A stretch of DNA of 64,000 nt, from assembly GCA_963834265.1 (NCBI GenBank), contig CAWIAU010000001.1, positions 469,523-533,522 on the forward strand. Direction: 5' to 3'. Shown piece by piece: positions 25,356 through 34,079 of this stretch. The position numbers and the translations under genes were made by a program. A model generated the notes under the pieces. That model did not search any database and was not told where the DNA came from. It worked only from the letters and a program-made list of their open reading frames with translations. The stretch is from an uncultured bacterium (GTDB lineage Bacteria; Patescibacteriota; Saccharimonadia; Saccharimonadales; 2-12-FULL-41-12). The stretch's first letter is position 1. Each line of letters opens with the position of its first letter.

Positions 25356-26786
25356 TTACAAATGTTCAAGTTGTTCATTGATCCTTCGCATGACTGTTTC
25401 CTTGCGCAGCACAGCAAGGGTTTCAGCCAGACCGGGGCTCGCAGACGACTGAGTAGTCGCGATACGGATCAGGCTGAACAAGATACCTGGTTTTTGCCCG
25501 GTTTCGTCCAGAAGTTTATTCAGTGCTTCTTGCAGTGACTCAACATCAAAGGTGGTATCAATCAATTTTGCCCGGGCTGACATCAACAATTCTTTTTGCT
25601 CTTGCAGATCAAGCTTTTTGAGCTGTTTGTTGTTAGCTATCAGATCCGGATTGACCGGTAAATCTTCGAAGAAAAATTGTGTAAGTTCCGGCAGTTCGGC
25701 AAAGAACTTCAATCGTTCCTGTACCAGACTCAGAACCTGTTTTTTGTAGTCATCAGTATAGTTTTTTGCAGCTTGCGACCAGAATTTCTCCACTTTTATA
25801 TACAGGTCTTCAGAACTGAGGTTACGGATATGCGCACCGTTGAGCCATATAAGACGCTGCTCATCAAATTGTGCCCCGCCCTTGTGAACGCGGGCCGGAT
25901 CAAATTTTTTAATCAGCTCTTCTGTAGTGAATATTTCCTGCTCGGTGCCGTCATTCCAGCCGAGTGTGGCCAGAAAATTCACCATAGCCTCCGGTAGATA
26001 ACCCTCCTTTTGATAATCCAGTATATCCTTTGCGCCATCACGTTTGGAGAGCTTTTTGTTGCCGCCGGGATTCAGGACAAATGGCAGTGTTGCCATAATG
26101 GGAGGCGATATTTCCAGGGCTTCGTAAAGATTGAGATATTTGGGAATCGAAGCGATAAATTCCTGGCTGCGAATAACGTGGGTAATTTGCATTTCATGAT
26201 CATCTATAATATGAGCGAAGTTATACGTCGGGAAGCCATCAGATTTCATCAGAATAAAGTCGTCAATCACTTCCGGACCGGTTGCCAGGTCTCCCATTAC
26301 AGCGTCCTGCCACTGATATTCTTTGGGCTCGCTTCTCAGGCGCAGAGGCTGAGTCCCGTCCCAGACAGGGGGATTTCCCGGCCGGTAATCCCGGAACAGA
26401 AACGGGCGCTTTTCTGCCCTTGCCTGGTCACGAAAAGCCTGAAGCTCATTTTTGTCATATGGGTCAGGGTAGGCTTTATCTTGTTCTACCAGTTTCACTG
26501 CCCATTTTTTATAAATATCCAGTCGTTCACTCTGTTTGTAAGGGCCATATTGACCATCTCTATCCGGCCCTTCGTCCCAATCTATGCCCAGCCATCCCAG
26601 ACTTTTGATAATATGCTGAACTGAACCTGTTACTTCCCTGTCCTGATCAGTGTCTTCGATACGCAGGATAAACTTCCCTCCGCGCTTGCGGGCCAAAAGC
26701 CAGGCAAAAAGTGCCGTCCGTACGCCCCCCACATGCATAAAACCCGTAGGGCTGGGTGCAAACCGTGTTCTTACTGTAGTGCTCAT
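25356..26786 (-). CDS. gltX: Glutamyl-tRNA synthetase
   Basis: HIGH motif region RFAPSPTGFMHVGG; KMSKS-like KLSKRDG; 476 aa. Confidence 0.92.
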   Translation of the reverse strand: MSTTVRTRFAPSPTGFMHVGGVRTALFAWLLARKRGGKFILRIEDTDQDREVTGSVQHIIKSLGWLGIDWDEGPDRDGQYGPYKQSERLDIYKKWAVKLVEQDKAYPDPYDKNELQAFRDQARAEKRPFLFRDYRPGNPPVWDGTQPLRLRSEPKEYQWQDAVMGDLATGPEVIDDFILMKSDGFPTYNFAHIIDDHEMQITHVIRSQEFIASIPKYLNLYEALEISPPIMATLPFVLNPGGNKKLSKRDGAKDILDYQKEGYLPEAMVNFLATLGWNDGTEQEIFTTEELIKKFDPARVHKGGAQFDEQRLIWLNGAHIRNLSSEDLYIKVEKFWSQAAKNYTDDYKKQVLSLVQERLKFFAELPELTQFFFEDLPVNPDLIANNKQLKKLDLQEQKELLMSARAKLIDTTFDVESLQEALNKLLDETGQKPGILFSLIRIATTQSSASPGLAETLAVLRKETVMRRINEQLEHL

Positions 26787-26813
26787 TTACTTCAAGTCTA
26801 ACAGATACAGCAT

Positions 26814-27926
26814 TTACAGGCTATTGGCGATGCGAAGTAACTGGTCGTCGCTTAGACTGGCGTTGCCCGCAATGTCATACCAGACACCGGCGTCAACCCA
26901 TGTAACATTGGATCCACCATATATATACAGTGTTCTGCCCCGGTCATCCGGATAAGTACGAAGCTCGCTCTTGTCGCGTGCATAGTTAGACAGTAGTGTG
27001 GCCGGAGACCATTCGCTTACCTGCTGTTTAACCTGAAAAAATTTATTGTCGGTGCGGGATTTAAACGAAATCACAACTTTGCCCGGTTCGGCTTCGATCG
27101 GTCCTGCTATCCCGAAACCTGATGGGCTATAGCCCGGAAGGCCGGCCGAAAACCCCGCTCTGGAAGCCGCTACGCGCATCTGAACATCGGGAACATTCTG
27201 ATATGCAAAGAATCCGGTCAGTAGTACAACTGCCAGCGTTGACGAAACAATAGTCATGCGTTTCGGCTTCTTTGTCTTTATATGATGCGAATTCAAATGA
27301 GATGTCGCGCCCTCTATGGCATGCTCGAGGCTTTTACTGATATGACTGGCCGGATGAGCTGCAACCGAGGCTGCAGTTGTCTGTGTCGCGTGTGTATGTG
27401 ATTTCGGTGGAGCAGCAACAGGTATAGATTCGACGTGTTTGGTAAATGCAGATGAAACCGTACCTGTGTAAAAACGACTGATTATATTACTTTTTTTTAT
27501 TTTTTTGGCACGTTCCAATCTTGCTCTATGATCCAATGGCAGAAGAGCGGTTGGTTTGTAGTCCCTGATGTGTTCAGACTTTTTGGTTGCGTGCGGCTGC
27601 GTAAGCTGTGGTTTGGTCACACCTGGCCTCATAAGTGTCTTTGATTTCTGAGTCGATGAGTGTAAATGCTTTGAGGTATGAGCAGCCGGTTGTCGTTTAG
27701 CGGCATGACGGTTAGTTTTATGAGTGGTAGTATTTGCCGAAAAATTCTCTGTATGCTGCCGGACAAAGCCGTCTATAACGCCATGACCGGGCGGTGCAAC
27801 AGGCATGGATGATGTTTCCAAAATGTCTGCAGGACTCTTCTCCGGCTCGGAAGACCCGAGTATTTTGCCTGTATGGGCATCATAGCGAACGCCGTTTAGC
27901 TCTATATATGTTTTTTTGTTGCTCAC
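26814..27926 (-). CDS. Hypothetical single-pass membrane protein (370 aa) with a basic or His-rich cytoplasmic region and an extracytoplasmic C-terminal domain
   Basis: TM MTIVSSTLAVVLLTGFFAY; no recognised catalytic motif. Confidence 0.5.
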   Translation of the reverse strand: MSNKKTYIELNGVRYDAHTGKILGSSEPEKSPADILETSSMPVAPPGHGVIDGFVRQHTENFSANTTTHKTNRHAAKRQPAAHTSKHLHSSTQKSKTLMRPGVTKPQLTQPHATKKSEHIRDYKPTALLPLDHRARLERAKKIKKSNIISRFYTGTVSSAFTKHVESIPVAAPPKSHTHATQTTAASVAAHPASHISKSLEHAIEGATSHLNSHHIKTKKPKRMTIVSSTLAVVLLTGFFAYQNVPDVQMRVAASRAGFSAGLPGYSPSGFGIAGPIEAEPGKVVISFKSRTDNKFFQVKQQVSEWSPATLLSNYARDKSELRTYPDDRGRTLYIYGGSNVTWVDAGVWYDIAGNASLSDDQLLRIANSL

Positions 27927-28034
27927 GTTTTACTCTTGGTTGTTTCTGGCTGGTTATGTTTATCTTAGTGTAAACCTCTGGTTCAAAAAGGTAAAGCATA
28001 AAATACGCATTCTGAAAAGCAACTAAAAACAAAT

Positions 28035-28290
28035 CTTTTTTTAAATCAGTTTCAAATGCCCTGCTTCGCAGTCCACTTGAGCTACTTTCTTGTGCCAACA
28101 AGAAAGTAGCCAAAGAAATGGCAGCAGTTGCCAAAAGCCTACTGAGTCCAATACCAGACTGACTTGTGATGTCCAGGACTCCTTACGGTCGGTCATTTTT
28201 ATAATTTTATAAGAGAAAAATGACTGGCTGGACATCAATGATTCAAGTCACCCTGATTGGACTCAATCGGTTTTGCCAAATGCTGGTCAG
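28035..28290 (+). repeat. Copy of intergenic repeat modules X+Y (perfect 11-bp hairpin ctactttcttg-tgccaa-caagaaagtag; gttgccaaaag; actccttacggtcgg; ggttttgccaaatgctgg)
   Basis: Alignable with 4853-5152 and 30645-30895. Confidence 0.75.
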
Positions 28291-28303
28291 AATCAATAAT
28301 CAG

Positions 28304-28906
28304 CTAAAGAGCGATCATAGTGTTAAGGGCAGTATTTATTGCTGAAATTGCTTCCGTTTCTTTCGTTGCTTGTGGGTCTTGCTGTGAGCTTGTACAACTT
28401 CCCCCAGGAGGACCCGCCAAATAATAGTAATCGTTAAGTTGTTTTTTGAATCGTGGGCTGTTTTCAGACATCATTGCGTCGTAGGTTTCCTTGAAGCTTC
28501 CCGCTTCACCAATTTCACCTATATATTTATCCAGTGCTTTACCTCTCTCAATAATAACCGTGCTGGCTGTGCAGTCTTTTGTAATGTTGTCTAAAATTTT
28601 TGACCTAAAGGCAAAGACAATGTTGCCATTTTGTTTTGTGTAAGCAAGACCATCTACCTGATCATTCAGTGGTATTTTAATTCCCCACTCGCTAACCGTT
28701 AAGTATTTTTGACTTGCTACTACTTCGTTCGTTGTATCAGTTTCTGGCTTTGGGTCATTCTTCTGAGAAGAAACCGATGAAGAATCTTCATTTTTATCTT
28801 TACTGGCATTAATCACATAGAATCCTGTGCCGGCAATCATTGATAAGGCAACGATTATTAATATGCCCTCGATTACACCGAAACCTTTTTGAGTAAGCTT
28901 TTGCAT
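28304..28906 (-). CDS. Type IV pilin-like protein (class III signal peptide, prepilin cleavage motif KGF|GVIEG with Glu at +5)
   Basis: N-terminus MQKLTQKGFGVIEGILIIVALSMIAGTGFYV. Confidence 0.75.
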   Translation of the reverse strand: MQKLTQKGFGVIEGILIIVALSMIAGTGFYVINASKDKNEDSSSVSSQKNDPKPETDTTNEVVASQKYLTVSEWGIKIPLNDQVDGLAYTKQNGNIVFAFRSKILDNITKDCTASTVIIERGKALDKYIGEIGEAGSFKETYDAMMSENSPRFKKQLNDYYYLAGPPGGSCTSSQQDPQATKETEAISAINTALNTMIAL

Positions 28907-28974
28907 AATATACTCTGCATTTCGATTATGGTTGTTTTAAATTACTATACAGCTTTTGATCTTAAATAAATACT

Positions 28975-29050
28975 TTAGTCCATGGCTCCCAACCAGGCCT
29001 TACAGCTTCCTGATAAGCGAGTGTCAGAAGAACAGTTCTTTTCTTTGCTA
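28975..29050 (+). repeat. Degenerate copy of the module Z start (ccatgg...caggcc...cttcctgataagcgagtgtcagaag)
   Basis: Aligns with 31515-31560 and 5146-5250, with an internal deletion. Confidence 0.5.
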
Positions 29051-29120
29051 AAAGAATTTGTATTTAGGAAAATAAAATATTACTTCTGTTATATAATAGA
29101 ATCTACAGCCTCACAAAACT

Positions 29121-30611
29121 ATGGAATTTCTTGATCCGATAAAAAAACGTCAGCGCTCTATCCGTCTCAACATCGGTCACTTACTTATGGCGGCTTTGGT
29201 TGTTATCGGTACCTATGTTCTGGTTCTGAGGGCTCAGGGCTATGATATAGATCGCAAGAGTGGCGAAGTTATACAAAATGCACTGGTTTTTGTTGACAGT
29301 GCTCCTGATGCGGCCACGATTAAAATAAATAACGAGCAATATAAAGACCTGACAAATACACGAATGGCTCTGCCGGACGGTAGCTATAAGTTAGAGCTTA
29401 ATAAAGCGGGTTATCGTGGCTGGCAAAGAGAATTTTCGGTAATTGGCGGTAGCGTGGAGCGATTTACTTATCCCGTGTTATTTCCCGAAAAGCTGGCGTC
29501 TGCAGAAGTGCAGACTTTTGACGGCGTGCCGACGATTGCTACAGAAAGCCCTGATCGCAAGTGGGTTTTGCTCGGACAACCCGGAACTACGGATACTTTT
29601 ACTCAGTATAATCTCGGGGCACTTACGAACCGTAAGCCCGCTGCTACATCATTCAAATTGCCTGCAGGCGTATTAACGGAGGCTGAGGGGGCACAGAGCT
29701 GGCAATTTGTTGAATGGTCCAGCGATAACCGGCATGTATTGCTCAGGCATATTTTCACGGGCGGACAAGAGTTCATTCTTGTCGATCGTGATGATCCAAC
29801 CCAGACAGTTAATATTAATCGTCAGCTTGCTCAGAACCCTACTACCATTACTCTGCGGGATAAAAGGTTTGATCAGCTATACCTGCATAATCAGGCCGAC
29901 CTGACTCTTAAAACTGCTGATTTGAAAACCCGTGTAGTCACACCCCTGTTAAATGGTGTATTAAGTTACAAATCACACGGTGGAGACAGGCTACTATACT
30001 CAACCGTTAGTCCTGCAGAGCAGGCCAAAGCAAGAATCTTCCTGAAAACCGGCAATGATACGTACGTGCTGCGTGATATACCTGTGTCAGCCAGTATGCC
30101 TCTGGAAATAGCACAATTCAACAATCACTGGTACATAGTAATCGGTAGCGACGCCGAGCAAAAAGTATACATATATAAAGATCCGCAGAATATTCTGAAA
30201 CTGCGTAATGACCAGAAGCCTGCGATTACTGCCATTTTTCGCATGGGAGGTCCTTTGCAGTCCTTGTCATTCTCTAATAACACTCGCATGATCATGGCTA
30301 ATAGCGGTCAGCATTTTAATATTTATGACATTGAGACAAAGCGTAGCTACGGATACAATATTACGGATCCACTTGACATCGGAAGCATTCCTCTCTGGAT
30401 GGATGGTCACCGTTTACTGATCCGCAGCGCAGGTAATGTAATCGTATTTGATTACGACGGTATTAATAAGCAGATATTAGTTCCTTCTGACCCTGCTATT
30501 CCCGTATTTTTTGACCGTGATTATGAAGCACTTTACAGTCTTAGCCCTTCTCTGTCTGCATCCGGCAAGCAGGTCTTCGGTCGCACCGAACTCCGCGTAC
30601 TGCCCAAATAG
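29121..30611 (+). CDS. Membrane-anchored PEGA-domain protein followed by a beta-rich (propeller-like) extracytoplasmic domain
   Basis: TM LLMAALVVIGTYVLVL; PEGA-like ATIKINNEQYKDLTNTRMALPDGSYKLELNKAGY. Confidence 0.65.
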   Translation: MEFLDPIKKRQRSIRLNIGHLLMAALVVIGTYVLVLRAQGYDIDRKSGEVIQNALVFVDSAPDAATIKINNEQYKDLTNTRMALPDGSYKLELNKAGYRGWQREFSVIGGSVERFTYPVLFPEKLASAEVQTFDGVPTIATESPDRKWVLLGQPGTTDTFTQYNLGALTNRKPAATSFKLPAGVLTEAEGAQSWQFVEWSSDNRHVLLRHIFTGGQEFILVDRDDPTQTVNINRQLAQNPTTITLRDKRFDQLYLHNQADLTLKTADLKTRVVTPLLNGVLSYKSHGGDRLLYSTVSPAEQAKARIFLKTGNDTYVLRDIPVSASMPLEIAQFNNHWYIVIGSDAEQKVYIYKDPQNILKLRNDQKPAITAIFRMGGPLQSLSFSNNTRMIMANSGQHFNIYDIETKRSYGYNITDPLDIGSIPLWMDGHRLLIRSAGNVIVFDYDGINKQILVPSDPAIPVFFDRDYEALYSLSPSLSASGKQVFGRTELRVLPK

Positions 30612-30644
30612 CCAGGATTATATTTTCGATTAATTTTTTTGATA

Positions 30645-30895
30645 AAAAATAGTTCTTCCGACGAAGAACCAAGTCAATACTTTTGTCAGCAGCAACAAAA
30701 GTATCCAAAAACGCCGCAGACAGTTGCCAAAATCACGATAGAAAATCAGTCCAAATAGAGCGTGGCTCCGGAACTCCCTCCGGTCGACCCCACCTTATAT
30801 TTTTATAGAAAGGCGGGGCTAGTCCTCGCCAATGACTCGCTCTATTTGCCCGAATTTTCATCGGTTTTGCCAAATGCTGAAGTAATTCATGGATT
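30645..30895 (+). repeat. Copy of intergenic repeat modules X+Y (gttcttccgacgaagaac hairpin; gttgccaaaa; actccctccggtcga; ggttttgccaaatgctg; catgga)
   Basis: About 85% identical to 4904-4984 and alignable to 5123-5152. Confidence 0.75.
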
Positions 30896-30956
30896 TTTTT
30901 TATCAATTTAAAAACATATCATTGATAATTTTACCTTAATATGATAATGTGATGAA

Positions 30957-31502
30957 ATGGTAATTCCGCTCGAGGCTCAGACCTTTGAAACATATGAAGC
31001 AAATACGGCATCGCAAAGAACGGCTCTTGGACTTTCGAGAGATATAGCTAATTTGGCTATTGAGCAATTTGCGTGTAGTGAGCCGACAAAACCTGCTGCA
31101 TTTTATTTTTCGGGCCCTGCGGGCGTTGGAAAGACACATCTACTTCATTCAATTGCAGCAGTTCTTATTGAAAATGAAATCCCGCATGCTAGATGGCAGA
31201 AAGACCTAGGACCTTCAGTAGCTGAACAGATTAAACATGTACAATTAATTGATGATTTTGATCCTACCTTACTTTATATATTTAATCGGGCTGTTGTTGA
31301 CTGTTACTATCCGAGAGGTCAGTTATTAGTTATTAACTCTAATGAACCATTAAAAGTTGTCAAAAATGGACTTAAAAGTATCGATGAACACGGACGTGCG
31401 GCTTCTCGTTTGTCAGAAATGATTAAAAGAGGTCAGGAAATCAAAATGACGGGGCCTGATCATCGACAAACAGGTAATTTCCCCAAAGCTATTCCAAAAT
31501 AA
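30957..31502 (+). CDS. DnaA domain III / Hda-like AAA+ ATPase (181 aa; there is no DnaA N-terminal domain or domain IV)
   Basis: QTFETYEAN (compare DnaA YTFDNFV), Walker A FSGPAGVGKTHLLHSI, Walker B LIDDFD, sensor-1 LLVINSNEPL. Confidence 0.7.
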   Translation: MVIPLEAQTFETYEANTASQRTALGLSRDIANLAIEQFACSEPTKPAAFYFSGPAGVGKTHLLHSIAAVLIENEIPHARWQKDLGPSVAEQIKHVQLIDDFDPTLLYIFNRAVVDCYYPRGQLLVINSNEPLKVVKNGLKSIDEHGRAASRLSEMIKRGQEIKMTGPDHRQTGNFPKAIPK

Positions 31503-31514
31503 TAATGTGTTTGT

Positions 31515-31737
31515 CCATGGTTTGCCTCAGGCCCGAAAAGTTCCTGATTAGCGAGTGCCAAAAGTACAATTAGAGCGAAGCAGTGTCTAAGCCAATCTCT
31601 CATTGAAAGTAATTAAAAATTGGTGAGTTTGCTGAGCATTGTGCTTTTTGACAATAAGATCATAAAGAAGCTTTTCGAGCCTGTTGCTTCTTTGCCTACT
31701 TTCTGGTCAACACAAGAAAGTAGGTTGTGGTGACTTT
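31515..31737 (+). repeat. Copy of intergenic repeat module Z (ccatgg...ctcaggcccgaaaagttcctga...gtgccaaaag...hairpin cctactttctggtcaacacaagaaagtagg)
   Basis: About 85-90% identical to 5215-5430. Confidence 0.8.
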
Positions 31738-31784
31738 TAAGTCGTCATGAATATGGATTTTATTAAAAATAATTCTTTATGGGT

Positions 31785-32984
31785 TTAGAACCAGTTTTTT
31801 ATTTTTTGCCAGAGGCTGGGTGAATTACTGGGGAGAACCGTGGGCTGCTCGTTAGGATTAACGGTGCTTGCTGCATTTGCATTGGGGTCAGGAAATATCT
31901 GTTCTGCCTGGATGATCAGACGGTTGGTAGAAAGACCGGGAGGATCGCAGGTTATCAGTGTAACAATTGATGTCCGGTCTTTGGGAGGTCCCAGAACAGA
32001 TACATCGGAAGGATTGGTGACGTACTTATTGTAGATTTTGTATACGTACTGTTTGCTGTCTTTGTGAATTATAAATGTGTCACCGGTATCCAGACTTTTT
32101 AGCAGAAGAAAAGCAAATTTGTACTGTCCTTTATTAAGGATATTGCCGCTGGAGTGACCGAAGAGCACCGCATTTCCCTTTTCGCCGGGATTCGGTGTCG
32201 TGCCATAATGTACAACTCCCCTCTCCAGACCTTTTTGAACGGCTGATTCTTCGATAGACGGAACATCATAAACTACGGGCGCTTCGATATTGATTTTGGG
32301 AATAATAATTTTAGGCTCAGGACTAACAGGAGCGCTGTTGTTGGGATCAACAATTATCGGTGTAGCGCTGATTGCATGACCCGGACGTATGAATGGTGTT
32401 AGAAACCTTTCGTTGAAAAAGCTGAATAAAAGGATAAAAACAACCAGACTTCCCATGCTCAGTCCGAAAAACAATGCCCTGACATGATGATTTACCTTTC
32501 TTCTCTTACCCCGCTTTTGGACACGGGTCAAAAGTTCCTGCTTGATATCCGGTCTGCTGCGTCTCGATGCCCGGGCTCTGTGAGCAGGCGTTGTGGGTGC
32601 ATGGACTGGTTTGACATTTTGCTGGGGCGGAATGACTTTTGGTTCAGAAACTTTCTTCTCAGGCTGTTTGGTCCTTTGTTCGTGAGCAGTATAGAACTCC
32701 TGCCAGATCTCATGCTTCTCGTTATCCGGTAACTGCTGATAGTACTCGTGCCAGGCTATCTGTATTTCTGCCAGGCTACGTCCACTAAGGCTAAGATCCT
32801 GCATATATTTCTGATGTTTGGAAAGATGCAGGTTATCGCTATGGGGTAATTCAAGAATTTCTTCTTGTGCGTTAGGCTCGTCTTTATATAACGCGTCAAG
32901 TTTTCCGCGTATTAAATTAGCTGCCGATTCCTGTTGCAGCTTACTATCTACTGTAGGTGGTGTTGGATGAGCATGTGAGTCCAT
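31785..32984 (-). CDS. Sortase-family transpeptidase with an N-terminal cytoplasmic extension and a TM anchor
   Basis: TLITCDP (TLxTC active-site Cys motif), NAVLFGHSSG (His), TM ALFFGLSMGSLVVFILLFSFF. Confidence 0.8.
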   Translation of the reverse strand: MDSHAHPTPPTVDSKLQQESAANLIRGKLDALYKDEPNAQEEILELPHSDNLHLSKHQKYMQDLSLSGRSLAEIQIAWHEYYQQLPDNEKHEIWQEFYTAHEQRTKQPEKKVSEPKVIPPQQNVKPVHAPTTPAHRARASRRSRPDIKQELLTRVQKRGKRRKVNHHVRALFFGLSMGSLVVFILLFSFFNERFLTPFIRPGHAISATPIIVDPNNSAPVSPEPKIIIPKINIEAPVVYDVPSIEESAVQKGLERGVVHYGTTPNPGEKGNAVLFGHSSGNILNKGQYKFAFLLLKSLDTGDTFIIHKDSKQYVYKIYNKYVTNPSDVSVLGPPKDRTSIVTLITCDPPGLSTNRLIIQAEQIFPDPNANAASTVNPNEQPTVLPSNSPSLWQKIKNWF

Positions 32985-33068
32985 TGCAAATTACATCAAA
33001 GACGCGTTCTGGCGTCTAATAAGCAATTATAGTACAATTCAAAGCGTTATCATATCTGTTGAAGCATT

Positions 33069-33079
33069 TGCCGCGGTGG
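33069..33079 (+). repeat. 11-nt duplicate of the tRNA-Leu 5' end region (tgccgcggtgg), 50 bp upstream of the intact tRNA
   Basis: Identical to 33129-33139. Confidence 0.5.
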
Positions 33080-33129
33080 TAGAACCAAGTGCGGAGCACG
33101 TTAAATTATTGATGCATATTTCCCTTTGT

Positions 33130-33214
33130 GCCGCGGTGGCGGAATTGGTATACGCGCACGACTCAAAATCGTGTTCCTAACGGATTGAGAGTTCAAGTCT
33201 CTCCCGCGGCACCA
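33130..33214 (+). tRNA. tRNA-Leu (anticodon CAA), 85 nt with a long variable arm and encoded CCA
   Basis: Acceptor GCCGCGG/CCGCGGC; anticodon stem CACGA/TCGTG with loop CTCAAAA; variable arm; T-arm GAGAG-TTCAAGT-CTCTC. Confidence 0.88.
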
Positions 33215-33268
33215 AAGGCAAAGATGCGGCCGGACTTTAGAATCCTGTGAGAGCAATACCCGCGCCCG

Positions 33269-33292
33269 GTTCAGGTCTCTCCCGCGGCACCA
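33269..33292 (+). repeat. 23/24-nt direct repeat of the tRNA-Leu 3' end (gttcaggtctctcccgcggcacca), 54 bp downstream of the tRNA; att-site-like scar
   Basis: Compare 33191-33214 gttcaagtctctcccgcggcacca. The upstream context does not fold as a tRNA (the T-stem 5' strand is missing). Confidence 0.75.
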
Positions 33293-33308
33293 CAATATTT
33301 CAAATGGC

Positions 33309-34079
33309 TTATCTAACCAGGCTGGTGGTCAGGGCTTCGAATATTTTCCCGGGATTTTGCATGGTCCAGACAGCTGCTTTTACAGCCAGAATCGTTTGAT
33401 TGCTTTCATCAGGTGATGTACCTGATACCTGCCCGGCGGAGCTTACCCACGTAAAGCCCCCATGCTCAGTAACTAATGAACCTTTTTTACCGGATGTAAT
33501 TTTATGTAGTATTTCGCTTAGTCGGATCGCTCCTGTTTCAGAAGTTATAGCTGTTGTCAGTTCCAGTTCAGTGCCTAGTTTCTGCAACCTTTTTGCGCCA
33601 AGTATTATATTGACCGGTCTTTGAAGCAGTTGTTCAGCGGGGACATTTGTGCTGGCCAGAGCAGATTCAGCAATGGTCACGGGCGCCATACATCGCAGCA
33701 GATAACCGTCAATAACAGTAGTAGTCTCGCTGCTTCTGCCCAGATCTCCGGCCAAGAGTACATGATCTGCCCATTCACTGGCCTCAAAAAAGTTGCTGAG
33801 CGCAGTCTTAGCGAAGCTTCCGCTGCTATTGCCAGGAGCATACTCGATATTTGGTAACATCTTCGTTACCTTGCGCGTGCTCTCAGGCATAATGACCCGA
33901 ACCGTCCCTGCTCCGGCTTTTTCAGCTGCAGCATATGCAGCGGCAACATGCGAGAATTCCTGTGCCTGCCCGCCGATGATTAACAACTTTCCCGCCCCGT
34001 TCTTATTCTGTGGCCGGCTCCAGATCAAATCCGGAAACAAGGGTTTATCAGGATCCTGTCTCTGCCAATAATTACTCAT
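33309..34079 (-). CDS. nnrD: ADP-dependent NAD(P)H-hydrate dehydratase (YjeF C-terminal / carbohydrate kinase-like domain)
   Basis: GKLLIIGGQAQEFSHVAAAYAAAEKAGAGTVRV; 256 aa. Confidence 0.65.
   Translation of the reverse strand: MSNYWQRQDPDKPLFPDLIWSRPQNKNGAGKLLIIGGQAQEFSHVAAAYAAAEKAGAGTVRVIMPESTRKVTKMLPNIEYAPGNSSGSFAKTALSNFFEASEWADHVLLAGDLGRSSETTTVIDGYLLRCMAPVTIAESALASTNVPAEQLLQRPVNIILGAKRLQKLGTELELTTAITSETGAIRLSEILHKITSGKKGSLVTEHGGFTWVSSAGQVSGTSPDESNQTILAVKAAVWTMQNPGKIFEALTTSLVR

Noticed and set aside
33101-33295. 64-aa minus-strand ORF overlapping tRNA-Leu and its 3' repeat
   Set aside because: It lies entirely over a tRNA gene and its duplicated 3' end. The internally repeated peptide (WCRGRDLN twice) just mirrors the DNA repeat.
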